Part shown: piece after piece, positions 18,754 through 27,141 of the stretch
Layout: each line of letters begins with the position of its first letter
Numbering within the stretch: position 1 is the first letter of the stretch
Assembly: GCA_020832985.1 (NCBI GenBank)
Contig: JAJHRE010000003.1
Location: 1-57,276 of the forward strand
Length of the DNA stretch: 57,276 nucleotides
Direction of reading: 5' to 3'
Source of the DNA: Desulfurococcaceae archaeon
Lineage (GTDB): Archaea > Thermoproteota > Thermoprotei_A > Sulfolobales > NBVN01
Program-made: the position numbers and the translations under genes
The notes under the pieces: model-generated
Told to the model about the DNA's origin: nothing
Database searches by the model: none
Seen by the model: the letters and a program-made list of their open reading frames with translations, nothing else

Positions 18754-19242
18754 GGTTCGGTAAGGTTTTTCAGGTCTTAAACCGTTAGCTGAGGTGTTCT
18801 TAACCATTAAGTACGCATCCTCACCATCTGGATAGTAGTTCTTCAACACCTTAACTACCTCATAACCTAATGATTTATACATGTTAATAGCTACGTAGTT
18901 ACTAACAGCTACCTCCAACTTAAACTTAATGATACCGTCATCACGTAGTCTCGACTCTACAGCATTCATCAGTAACTTACCGATGCCTAAACCCCTATAG
19001 TTAGGGTCTACAGCTATCGAGACTATATGTCCTGAGGAGTCCCTATCAACAACAGCTACTACATAACCGACAACATCACCACAATACTCACAAACTAGGA
19101 AATACTCAGGGTATAGGTTTAACAACGTAGTGAGTACGAGTATTGAGTATGGATACCTAAAAGACCTACCCTCTATCTCAACTATACGTCTAAGGTCTTC
19201 ATTCCTAGCCCTCCTAACAACAACACCACACTTACTACTCAA
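18733..19242 (-). CDS. GNAT N-acetyltransferase (RimI / archaeal Ard1-type N-alpha-acetyltransferase)
   Basis: VSIAVDPNYRGLGIGKLLM is acetyl-CoA-binding motif A. The size (169 aa) is typical of RimI/Ard1. Confidence 0.7.
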   Translation of the reverse strand: MSSKCGVVVRRARNEDLRRIVEIEGRSFRYPYSILVLTTLLNLYPEYFLVCEYCGDVVGYVVAVVDRDSSGHIVSIAVDPNYRGLGIGKLLMNAVESRLRDDGIIKFKLEVAVSNYVAINMYKSLGYEVVKVLKNYYPDGEDAYLMVKNTSANGLRPEKPYRTSYNTLT

Positions 19243-19382
19243 ACATAAACACCTCTAAGTAATGGATGTGGTTACTTCCACCACAGTAAGGTACTTCAAA
19301 CTTATAAAGCAATACATACATTGACTTCAGTATTGAAGACTTATTATATGTGTTTAATGAGTAATTACCTAGGTTAGACACT

Positions 19383-19721
19383 ATGGATTTTAAGAGTAAG
19401 GAGACAGCTATTTATCAAGAACCCCGTAGCGGTACTAGGAGATGGATCTATATCGTTGGTGAGAAGGTCATGTTAATTATGGTTGAGTTAGACCCTAACG
19501 CAGTAGTTCCCTGGCATACACACCCTCAAGAACAGATAAGCTTCGTATTGAGTGGTAAAGCTGAGGTCAGGACTTCAGAAGGTACTTACGTATTTAGTGA
19601 AGGTACAGCATACCACTTCAGACCTAACGAACCTCACGAAACCCGTAATCCAGGACCTGAGAAACTAGTTGTGTTGGAGGTCTTCGCACCACCGCGTGAG
19701 GACTTACTGAAGGGTAAGTAA
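19383..19721 (+). CDS. Cupin-domain protein
   Basis: WHTHPQEQISFVLSG...HFRPNEPHE matches cupin motifs G(X)5HxH and PxxxxH. 112 aa. Confidence 0.65.
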   Translation: MDFKSKETAIYQEPRSGTRRWIYIVGEKVMLIMVELDPNAVVPWHTHPQEQISFVLSGKAEVRTSEGTYVFSEGTAYHFRPNEPHETRNPGPEKLVVLEVFAPPREDLLKGK

Positions 19722-19755
19722 AATCTTTAAAAATAACATATATTTTATATTTAAG

Positions 19756-20235
19756 TTATGCTTGTTCAGGCTCTAATGGTGAGAAATCTATCTCAGCATC
19801 ATACTTCCTAACTATCTTAACTCCCTTCAACTCCATGATGATTACGTCTGATGTTACTAGTATTGGGTTCCCACCCTTAACTAGGTGTCCTCCATGTACG
19901 TGGCCCCACTGATCGCATACTGCCCCATGTATATGTGTTAATCTATTACCTTTCTCATCCCTACCAATAACACCTGAACCACCTAGGAATGATAGTGGTC
20001 CTACAATCTCTTTAGGTGGGCAGTAACTAGCACCTACTTTAACGTTAGGGTTTGGTATGAAGTACATTAAGGTTGCTTTAGCTAAAGTCCCAGTACCTAC
20101 ATCAACATATGCATAATCGATACCTAAATCATCACAAACCTTCTCAACACCCTCAATAATATCAGTACCTGGTTGAAGCCTAACGACTACAACCCTACCG
20201 ACAGAACCAACAGCAAACTTAAACCTAACGACCAA
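19756..20235 (-). CDS. PPC-domain (DUF296) protein
   Basis: ~159 aa with a VVVRLQPGTDIIEGVEKVC... layout and a C-terminal HIHGAV...GGHL motif typical of PPC/DUF296 proteins. Confidence 0.5.
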   Translation of the reverse strand: MVVRFKFAVGSVGRVVVVRLQPGTDIIEGVEKVCDDLGIDYAYVDVGTGTLAKATLMYFIPNPNVKVGASYCPPKEIVGPLSFLGGSGVIGRDEKGNRLTHIHGAVCDQWGHVHGGHLVKGGNPILVTSDVIIMELKGVKIVRKYDAEIDFSPLEPEQA

Positions 20236-21568
20236 CTACATCACCACTAAATCATTAAGCTAGAGTTTAAAACTTTACTACGTGTTATGCTGTGAGGTCA
20301 TTTAGTCATACCTAAGTTTATAACCTTACTAACTACTCTATCTATGGGTGGATATGCTAGCAAGTATAAAGAGAAGGCTTCAGTCATTATTCATAAGGTC
20401 ATACATAGAGTGTTCAGCATCTACTATCTCTAAAGCAGTCTCAAGGCTTCAGACATCTGTTACTGCGATGGGTGTTAACTCAGCGTTCTGTATGTTTAAG
20501 ATCTTGAAGAGTTTTAGAAAGGGTGGTAAACATAGTGTTGTGGGTGGAGGTAGGGATGGTGATAAGGTTTAAACTACTGAATAAAATTTAAAAGTTATGT
20601 TTTAGAATGTTAAGACTGCTCTCCCTCTAACCTCCCCCCTCTTAAGTTTCTCGATGGCTGTGTTAACCTCCTCAAATTTGAATAACTCTACACGTGGTTT
20701 TACCTTACCATCAGATACTAGTTTTAAACTCTGAAGTATGTCATTCCTTGTGAATCCTATATTACCTACTACCTTAATATCCTTTAATATCCAGTCTATC
20801 ACTGGTAGTGATAACTCACCTACTGGCAACCCTATAAGTACTAAAGTCCCTCCAGGCCTTAAGGATTCGTAGGCCTGCCTCATAGCTTTAAGGGATTCTA
20901 CCGTAGGTAATGCTACGTCAGCACCTCCTAAGTCCTTAATATATTTGACAGGGTCTTCCTTAGAAGCATTTACTACGTAGTCAGCACCTAACTCCTTAGC
21001 GAATTCTAACTTACTCTCAAGTACATCTACAGCAACTACCTTAGCACCTAACACCTTCGCTATCTGAACAGCGTTATGTCCTAAACCACCTATACCGAAG
21101 ACAGCGACTAAATCCCCGGGATATACCCTAGAAGCGAATGTAAGTGCTCTATAAGGTGTTGCTACAGCATCCGTAGCTGAAGTAGCTTCTGGGAACGGTA
21201 CGTTATCAGGGATTTTAAGTACGTGGGATGCTGGAGCTCTAACAAACTCAGCATAACCACCATCAACACTATAACCAGTATTTAACTGATTCTCACATAT
21301 ATTCTCACGACCTACTAAGCAATACCTACACCTACCGCAAGTCCACCAAAGCCATGATAACGCAACCCTATCACCAGGCTTTAAATGAGTAACACCATCA
21401 CCAACAACCTCAACAACACCTGCAACTTCATGACCAAGTATATGAGGTAGTGGTTTAGGTAATGGAATCTTACCCTCAATAATCTCAAGATCTGAATGAC
21501 ATATACCTACAGCCTTAACCCTAATGACGACCTCACCGAATCCAAGCTGTTACAGAATTGACGGTAGG

Positions 21569-21576
21569 TTTAAATA
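21569..21576 (+). promoter_or_regulatory. TATA box (TTTAAATA) of element A, about 25 nt upstream of the GC-rich RNA core
   Basis: ACAGAATTGACGGTAGGTTTAAATATC is conserved in copy B (ACAGATCTGATGGTAAGTTTAAATAGC) and copy C (ACAGTATTGATGGTTAAATAATGC). Confidence 0.55.
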
Positions 21577-21597
21577 TCTAAAATTATACAATTATTT

Positions 21598-21776
21598 AGA
21601 TCCTATGATCCGCACTGCGGTGAGGTGTACTGAGTAGTGATGAACCTATACCCTCAGATGGGAGCCTCATGGCGTTAGGCTCTACTGGGGCCCATGGAGT
21701 GTGGGTGAAGCTAATGAACCCACACCAAGGCCCAACCCCGTTAACGGAAATACAAGTACCGTTAGCGGGGAACGCT
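21598..21776 (+). ncRNA. Unclassified GC-rich structured RNA (core of element A) with a K-loop-like CUGA-GUA-GUGAUGA motif
   Basis: It is a GC island in an AT-rich genome. Proposed hairpins are CGCACTGCG, GAGGTGTA/TATACCCTC flanking the K-loop, GAGCCT/AGGCTC, GTGTGGGT/ACCCACAC and CCCCG...CGGGG. Differences from copy B preserve pairing (G-U versus G-C). Confidence 0.55.
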
Positions 21777-21998
21777 TAGGATCTGGGACCTCCTCAATAA
21801 CTAAAGGTTTACCGATTTCACGAAGTAATGCAGCTCTCATATAATCACAAGTAATTCTACACTAGAAAAATTATAAATTTTACAAATACTTAAGCATTTA
21901 TTAATAATAATTAAATTATAAATAACTTACATACTTACTTAAGTTTTAAGTTGAGAAACTATTTAAGGAGTCTTTAAATTACTTTAAGGGGTGTTGAT

Positions 21999-22880
21999 GT
22001 GGTTGATGTTAGGTATCACTATAAGTACTTACTTATCCTACTACTCCTCCTAACTACTGTTGTAAGTGCTCAGACGATTAATGTGGAGGTTGATGAGTCT
22101 GGTGTTTGTTTAGTGAGTATTAAGGTAGAGGTTGGTGATGGTTTACAATCGGTTAGACTACCTATAGAGCCTATAGCAGCATCTATAGTGGCTTTAGCTG
22201 ATGGTAAAGCCTTACCTGTAATATATGAGAATAATACGTTGTATTTAATACTTGATAAGCCCTCAACTGTTGATATTTCATATGTAGCTAACGTATCATT
22301 AGTAGGTAATGTATTCCATCTAAGCATTAATACTGACGATAACTTAACCTTAAAGATACCGACGTCAAGTGTTATCCTACTAACACTACCTAAGAATATA
22401 ATTAGTTTTAAGGAGGAGGGTGGGGTACTCACCCTAGTGGTTAGAGGTCCTCAGGAAATTACGTACTCATTACGTGTACCGAGTATAACTCAAACAGTAA
22501 TACCTACACCCACCAACACTGCTACGACACAACCTACCGTAACGCAACCTACGGTAGTAACTCCGAAACCTGACTACACATCACTACTAATTACCGGTAT
22601 AGTAGTGGTTGCTGTAGCTTCAGGTGTTACCTACGTAGTACTACGTAGGAGGAGGGTCGGAGATATAGATAAGTTACTTGATGATGTTGATAGGAGTATT
22701 ATAAGGGAGTTGAAGGCTAGGGGAGGTTCTGCATTACAGTCAGAGCTTCAGGTCTCTATAAACGTTCCTAAGACTACGTTATGGAGGCATGTTAAGAGGC
22801 TTGAGAGGTTAGGGGTTGTTAGGGTTGAGAAGGTAGGGCTTCAGAATAGAGTAACGTTGGTGAGGGATGTTAAGGTATGA
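21999..22880 (+). CDS. Single-pass membrane protein with an extracellular domain, Thr/Pro-rich linker, TM helix and cytoplasmic winged-helix DNA-binding domain
   Basis: Signal-like YLLILLLLLTTVVSAQ, linker PTPTNTATTQPTVTQPTVVTPKP, TM LLITGIVVVAVASGVTYVVL followed by RRRR. The C-terminal SIIRELKARGGSALQSELQVSINVPKTTLWRHVKRLERLGVVRVEK is MarR/TrmB-like wHTH. Confidence 0.65.
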   Translation: MVDVRYHYKYLLILLLLLTTVVSAQTINVEVDESGVCLVSIKVEVGDGLQSVRLPIEPIAASIVALADGKALPVIYENNTLYLILDKPSTVDISYVANVSLVGNVFHLSINTDDNLTLKIPTSSVILLTLPKNIISFKEEGGVLTLVVRGPQEITYSLRVPSITQTVIPTPTNTATTQPTVTQPTVVTPKPDYTSLLITGIVVVAVASGVTYVVLRRRRVGDIDKLLDDVDRSIIRELKARGGSALQSELQVSINVPKTTLWRHVKRLERLGVVRVEKVGLQNRVTLVRDVKV

Positions 22881-24637
22881 GGGTGGAACAGGTGGGAAGA
22901 GTGTTTCACGACTACCCTAAAATATATTGTAGTAGGATGTTTTTAGTGGGGGTAGGTATGGATGTACGTAAGGTAATGGCTTTAACGTTGATGATGTTGA
23001 TGTTAATACCTATGACTGCAGTAATAACATCATCACAGCAGACTGTAGGGGTTAGGGATAGAGCTTTACTCCTACAGAACATGCTGAAGAACGCATTAAC
23101 ACTTAATATCTCATCAGAACTCAAGTCTGAGATTGAGGGATTAGTAAGTACTAATACCTCAGCGTTAAGTGATAAAGAACTTGAAGGATTTATAGAGAGA
23201 TGTGAGGAGGTCTTAAGTAGGGTTAGGGAGGAGGTTAGGGTTAGAGCTGGTGAAGGTGTTAGTGATAGGTATAATGAAGGGTTGAAGAAGTCGTTGGAGG
23301 TTAGGGTAAGGACTATGGAGAGGTTATACGGTGTACCAATTGAGGAGGTCGGTAATATATCTAAGGCTAAGAACCTCGGTGAGTTGATGAACACCTTAAA
23401 AGTAGTTAATAGTAAGTTAGATGGTGTTAGGGCTAAGAACTTCTCTGAAGCTATGGAGAGGAGGGTTGAGGACACCTTAAGAAAACCTGACGTAGTAGGT
23501 GTTGAGAGGTCTGTACAGGAACTCGATAAGGTTGTTGGGGTTTTAAATAGAGTGGTTAGTAGGTTGGAAGGGTTAGGAGTCCCTACAGTACCTATTGAGG
23601 CTTTAAAGAACGCTACAGTCAGGATATCAATCACTAAGGAACTCCTCGGAAACTTAAGTAAGGAGTTGAGAGGTGTTCCCCAACCTAAGCCTGAAGTAGT
23701 TAGAGAGTTTATTAATAAGTCAGTAGGTAAGTACGGCATCGATGTTGAGGAGCTTAAGGAGGAGGTTGAGGAGTTAAGGAATGTAGCGTTAGAGCATAAC
23801 TTAACTCAAGTACTTGATAAGATAGAGGGTATATTAGAAAGACTTGATAACTTAACAACTGCTTTACAGAGTGTTAATTACTCAAGTATTAAGGATATCG
23901 TGAATGTCTTAGCTAGTGTAAGGGCTGAGATCCCTAAGATACGTGATGAGATCAGTAAGTCGTTAGGTGAGGTCCCTGTTAGGAATATAGATAAGGCCTT
24001 CAACACAACCTTAGAGAGGGATAGGGAGTTATTAAGGGAGGTTAACGAGACATTAAAGTATATTAAGGATAGGTTAGGCAGCATCTGCCCGCAAACTACG
24101 AACGTAACCATATGTAAGTTCGTGAACTTAACAACTATCCAACATTACGAGGAGATCATAAAATCACTAAATAAGAGTTTAGAAGAGGCTGTTAATACCT
24201 ACGGGACTGGAGACCGTATTAAAGCATTACATATGGTTTTAAGTGTAGGTGCTAACTTATCGAGGATTAAAGCATGGTTAGAACCAATATACAATATACT
24301 TAAGCATTTAGAGGTTAAGGGTGTAGGTGTTAGTAACGCTATTAAGTCGTTAACGGATAACCTAACTACTAGGTTAGAAAAGATTGTGAAGTATGTAGGA
24401 GATATTACGAAGAAGGTAGATGAGATGAGGGAAGGTCCTAAGAAGAGTATGGCTAAGAAGTTATTAGATGATGTGGTTAGAGATGTTAATGAGTCTAAGA
24501 ACCTATTAACACTTACACAGAAATCACTATCTGAGGGTAGGGAGGCTGAAGCTACCTCATACCTGAGTAAGTTACAAGGGTTGGTGACGTCTTTAGAGGC
24601 TAGGATAGCAGTACTTGAAAAACTAATATCTTCGTAG
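22877..24637 (+). CDS. Secreted/anchored long coiled-coil protein rich in N-glycosylation sequons; the likely true start is Met at 22958
   Basis: Signal-like MDVRKVMALTLMMLMLIPMTAVITS, then ~550 aa of heptad-like E/K/L/V-rich sequence with many NxS/T sites (NIS, NTS, NFS, NLS, NLT, NYS, NVT). A 4-nt overlap (ATGA) links it to the upstream wHTH gene. Confidence 0.6.
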   Translation: MRVEQVGRVFHDYPKIYCSRMFLVGVGMDVRKVMALTLMMLMLIPMTAVITSSQQTVGVRDRALLLQNMLKNALTLNISSELKSEIEGLVSTNTSALSDKELEGFIERCEEVLSRVREEVRVRAGEGVSDRYNEGLKKSLEVRVRTMERLYGVPIEEVGNISKAKNLGELMNTLKVVNSKLDGVRAKNFSEAMERRVEDTLRKPDVVGVERSVQELDKVVGVLNRVVSRLEGLGVPTVPIEALKNATVRISITKELLGNLSKELRGVPQPKPEVVREFINKSVGKYGIDVEELKEEVEELRNVALEHNLTQVLDKIEGILERLDNLTTALQSVNYSSIKDIVNVLASVRAEIPKIRDEISKSLGEVPVRNIDKAFNTTLERDRELLREVNETLKYIKDRLGSICPQTTNVTICKFVNLTTIQHYEEIIKSLNKSLEEAVNTYGTGDRIKALHMVLSVGANLSRIKAWLEPIYNILKHLEVKGVGVSNAIKSLTDNLTTRLEKIVKYVGDITKKVDEMREGPKKSMAKKLLDDVVRDVNESKNLLTLTQKSLSEGREAEATSYLSKLQGLVTSLEARIAVLEKLISS

Positions 24638-24656
24638 TCCTTAAATCAAATCTTTT

Positions 24657-25361
24657 TTACTTGAAAGTGAATTCCTCACCAGGTCTTAATACCACTACTT
24701 CAGTACCTATACCTAACCTCTCAACACCTCTCTTAAACTCCTCCGGGTCAGTCATTATCACATCGAATGTATTGTAGTGTATCGGTATTACGTACTTAGG
24801 TCTTAACAACTCAGTAGCTTTAACAGCTTCTTTAACACCCATAGTGAAGTGACCTCCGATTGGTAGTAGAGCTACAGTTATATTATATAACTCCTTAAGT
24901 AGTGTTAACTCTGCAACTAATCCAGTATCACCTGCGTGGTAGACACTACCTTCAGAACCTATCAACACAACACCTGTAGGGTGACCTCTACTTGATGAGT
25001 GGTGAGCAGGTGTTAGTACTGCAGTTACCCTACCTAGCCTTATAGGTCCGCCGATATTAGCACCTACAACTCTATCACTACCTACCCTACTACCTAACTC
25101 ATTAGCTAATTCGTAAATACCTACTAATTTAGAGTTCTTAAACATCTGAAGTAGCTCTACAGTATTACCTACATGGTCTCCATGGTCATGAGTTACTACT
25201 ACATAATCAACACTAACTACATCCTTAACGAAGTCCTCAACAGACTTATAAGGTGATGATGGGTTAGTAACCCAAGGATCTACTAATACCTTAACACCAT
25301 CTAACTCTACTAAAGTACATGCGTGACCATACCAAGTAATCCTACCCATATAGAAACCCAA
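24657..25361 (-). CDS. Metallo-beta-lactamase-fold hydrolase (UPF0173 family)
   Basis: ITWYGHACTLVELDGVKVLVDPW and VVVTHDHGDH (HxHxDH) are characteristic of this family. Confidence 0.75.
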   Translation of the reverse strand: MGFYMGRITWYGHACTLVELDGVKVLVDPWVTNPSSPYKSVEDFVKDVVSVDYVVVTHDHGDHVGNTVELLQMFKNSKLVGIYELANELGSRVGSDRVVGANIGGPIRLGRVTAVLTPAHHSSSRGHPTGVVLIGSEGSVYHAGDTGLVAELTLLKELYNITVALLPIGGHFTMGVKEAVKATELLRPKYVIPIHYNTFDVIMTDPEEFKRGVERLGIGTEVVVLRPGEEFTFK

Positions 25362-25427
25362 TTAATACCTCATAACTAGAGTTTAAAGTTTTAAGGTGTT
25401 TCCCCCACTTTAGAGTAGGTAGTTGAA

Positions 25428-26696
25428 GTGGTTGTAGATATAGTTGTAGTACCACTCGCATCTAAGGTCCACGGCCCTCAATACTATGAAGAACTCCTTA
25501 AGTCTGTTGAGGATGTCTTCATCAGTAATAATGTTAAGGTCTTAAACATCATAGACTCTGATGAAGGGTTAAGTAAGGATGTTTTAGATATGGTCGGTAA
25601 CTCACTACCCATACTCCTAATACTTACTGGAGGTACTAGTAGACTAGCTACTAAGTTATTAAGTATGTGTGGTGTTAAGAGGGCTTTAATAATAGCTCAT
25701 GAAGGACATAACAGCCTACCATCAGCGATATCTATTAGAGGTAGGGTTGAGAGGGAGGGGATCTCTGCATACATATTCTTATGTAGTGATCTGAGGAGTA
25801 GTGATTGTTTGAGGACTATAGATACTGTCTTAAGGGTTGGTAAGGCAGTAGCACAGATAGTTAATCTGAAGGTAGGGGTTGTAGGTAGTGTAGATGATGA
25901 GGAACGTGAGTTATTTGAGGAGGTCTTAAACTCTAAGGTGGTCTCAATAAGTTATGAGGAGTTAGAACGTAGGGTTAGTGAGGTTAGGGATGAGGAGGTC
26001 TTAGAAGTTCTGAGGAGGTTTGAAGGAAGTGTAGGTGTGTCAGACCTCAATACTGATTACTTGAGGAAGGCCCTTAAAATCTACGTAGCTTTGAGATGGT
26101 TTGTAGAGGGTGGAGGTCTTAACGCATTAGCAATTAACTGCTTCCCATACCTGATTAAATATGGTGTTACACCATGTATTGCTGTATCCCTACTTAATGA
26201 TGATGGTGTAGTTACTGCGTGTGAGGCTGATTTAAGGTCATTAACACTTATGCTTATGTCTAAGGCTTTAGGGAGGTATTCATGGATAGCTAATCTCGTA
26301 GGGGTTAGTAGTAAGCAGTTGAAACTAGCTCACTGTACCATAGCTACTAAACTAACCACTAAATGTGGTGTAGTAACTCACTTCGAGTCAGGATACCCGT
26401 ACTCACTAACATGTAAGTTACCTGAGGGTACATACACTTTAGTAGGTATTGATAGGGACTTCTCAACCATAGCCACCCTTAAGGTGAGGTTATTAAGTAG
26501 TGGGTTGATGTCTGACGAGATGTGTAGGACTCAAGCAGTTGTTGAAGCTGATGTAGACTTAAGTAACTTCCCGAACATAGCATTAAGTAACCACCACATC
26601 CTAATACCTGGTGATGTAGTTAATGATTTAATGATTATAAGTTATTTATTAGGTGTTGAGTCTATTAAGTATGAGTTGGTGGTGAGTTATGGTTAG
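25428..26696 (+). CDS. Sugar isomerase-like protein (L-fucose/L-arabinose isomerase superfamily)
   Basis: The 422-aa length, the INCFPYL...TACEADL segment, and an operon with RpiB (8-nt overlap) suggest this. The assignment is by eye and tentative. Confidence 0.4.
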   Translation: MVVDIVVVPLASKVHGPQYYEELLKSVEDVFISNNVKVLNIIDSDEGLSKDVLDMVGNSLPILLILTGGTSRLATKLLSMCGVKRALIIAHEGHNSLPSAISIRGRVEREGISAYIFLCSDLRSSDCLRTIDTVLRVGKAVAQIVNLKVGVVGSVDDEERELFEEVLNSKVVSISYEELERRVSEVRDEEVLEVLRRFEGSVGVSDLNTDYLRKALKIYVALRWFVEGGGLNALAINCFPYLIKYGVTPCIAVSLLNDDGVVTACEADLRSLTLMLMSKALGRYSWIANLVGVSSKQLKLAHCTIATKLTTKCGVVTHFESGYPYSLTCKLPEGTYTLVGIDRDFSTIATLKVRLLSSGLMSDEMCRTQAVVEADVDLSNFPNIALSNHHILIPGDVVNDLMIISYLLGVESIKYELVVSYG

Positions 26697-27141
26697 AGTT
26701 GCTGTTGGGTCTGACGATAATTACCGTATATGTGGTTTCGTAGTTGATTACTTAAGGTCTAAGGGTTTTGAAGTAGTGTTAGTAGGTAGTGTTAAGAGTG
26801 GTAAGCCTGAGCCATGGCCTGAAGTAGGTTTCGAGGTAGGTAGGTTAGTAGCTTCTAAAGTTGTTGATTACGGAGTAGTCATATGTTATACAGGTACTGG
26901 AGTATCCATAGCTGCTAATAAAGTTAGAGGTGTTAGGGCTGCATTATGTGTTGATGCTAAGACTGCTCAAGGAGCTAGACTATGGAATGATGCTAACGTC
27001 TTAGCCTTAAGTGCTAGACTCCTCTCTGAGGAGTTAGCTAAGGAGATAATAGATGCTTGGTTCTCAGTTAAAGAACCAGACCCAACAGAAGTTAATAATA
27101 TAAGGAAGATTACAGAATTCGAAGGTACTAACCCTGAGTGA
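26689..27141 (+). CDS. rpiB: Ribose-5-phosphate isomerase B (RpiB/LacAB family)
   Basis: VVICYTGTGVSIAANKVRGVRAALCVD...ARLWNDANVLALSAR matches the RpiB signature. 150 aa. Confidence 0.8.
   Translation: MVRVAVGSDDNYRICGFVVDYLRSKGFEVVLVGSVKSGKPEPWPEVGFEVGRLVASKVVDYGVVICYTGTGVSIAANKVRGVRAALCVDAKTAQGARLWNDANVLALSARLLSEELAKEIIDAWFSVKEPDPTEVNNIRKITEFEGTNPE

Larger units (their letters stand above)
21546..21776 (+). mobile_element. Copy A of a repeated promoter-plus-structured-RNA module (non-autonomous insertion element), oriented antisense to the alcohol dehydrogenase gene it interrupts
   Basis: Collinear with the reverse complement of 48543-48799. Both ends begin GCTG(T/C)TACAGA and end CGGGGAA(A)CGCT. 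GCT occurs at both junctions. Confidence 0.75.
20602..21840 (-). pseudogene. Zn-dependent alcohol dehydrogenase (MDR family) interrupted by a 228-nt insertion (21547-21774)
   Basis: The 5' piece (21840-21775) encodes MRAALLREIGKPLVIEEVPDPK. The 3' piece (21546-20602) encodes LGFGEVVIRVKAVGICHSDLEIIEGKIPLPKPLPHILGHEVAG...GIGGLGHNAVQIAKVLGAKVV...RGRAVLTF. Both pieces are in the same frame. The insert has an in-frame TAG after 30 codons. Confidence 0.85.

Noticed and set aside
20348-20572. 74-aa ORF in the 365-nt gap between the PPC-domain gene and the ADH gene.
   Set aside because: It has a basic, low-complexity sequence with no motif and no convincing promoter spacing. The coding status cannot be supported from sequence alone, so it is left unannotated.
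21547-21774. The ADH insert considered as a canonical bulge-helix-bulge (BHB) pre-mRNA intron, like the crenarchaeal cbf5 intron.
   Set aside because: The junctions do not form two 3-nt bulges separated by a 4-bp helix; only a near-palindromic duplex with a single bulged U can be drawn. The conserved RNA motifs (K-loop, promoter) are on the strand antisense to ADH. The idea is retained only as a low-probability alternative in the finding.
21546-21776. Terminal inverted repeats that would classify elements A and B as a classical MITE.
   Set aside because: The ends show only weak, gapped similarity (GCTGTT...TGACGG versus the reverse complement AGCGTT...TAACGG in A). This similarity is largely absent in copy B. 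No transposase is present in the window to suggest a parent IS.
22912-23739. Long antisense ORFs listed in the six-frame track. They are 1167-1400, 3208-3489, 9217-9531, 9553-9801, 11845-12090, 12056-12376, 13592-13786, 14678-14860, 16482-16715, 22070-22432, 22912-23739, 23878-24111, 30812-31087, 34687-34932, 36186-36440, 38885-39292, 39422-39688, 39725-39928, 40395-40604, 40971-41165, 41726-41941, 52479-52757, 56070-56344 and 56720-56926.
   Set aside because: Each lies entirely inside, and antisense to, a gene with clear family motifs. Their translations are low-complexity S/T/L/P/N-rich strings. They are shadow ORFs produced by the strong codon bias of the sense genes.
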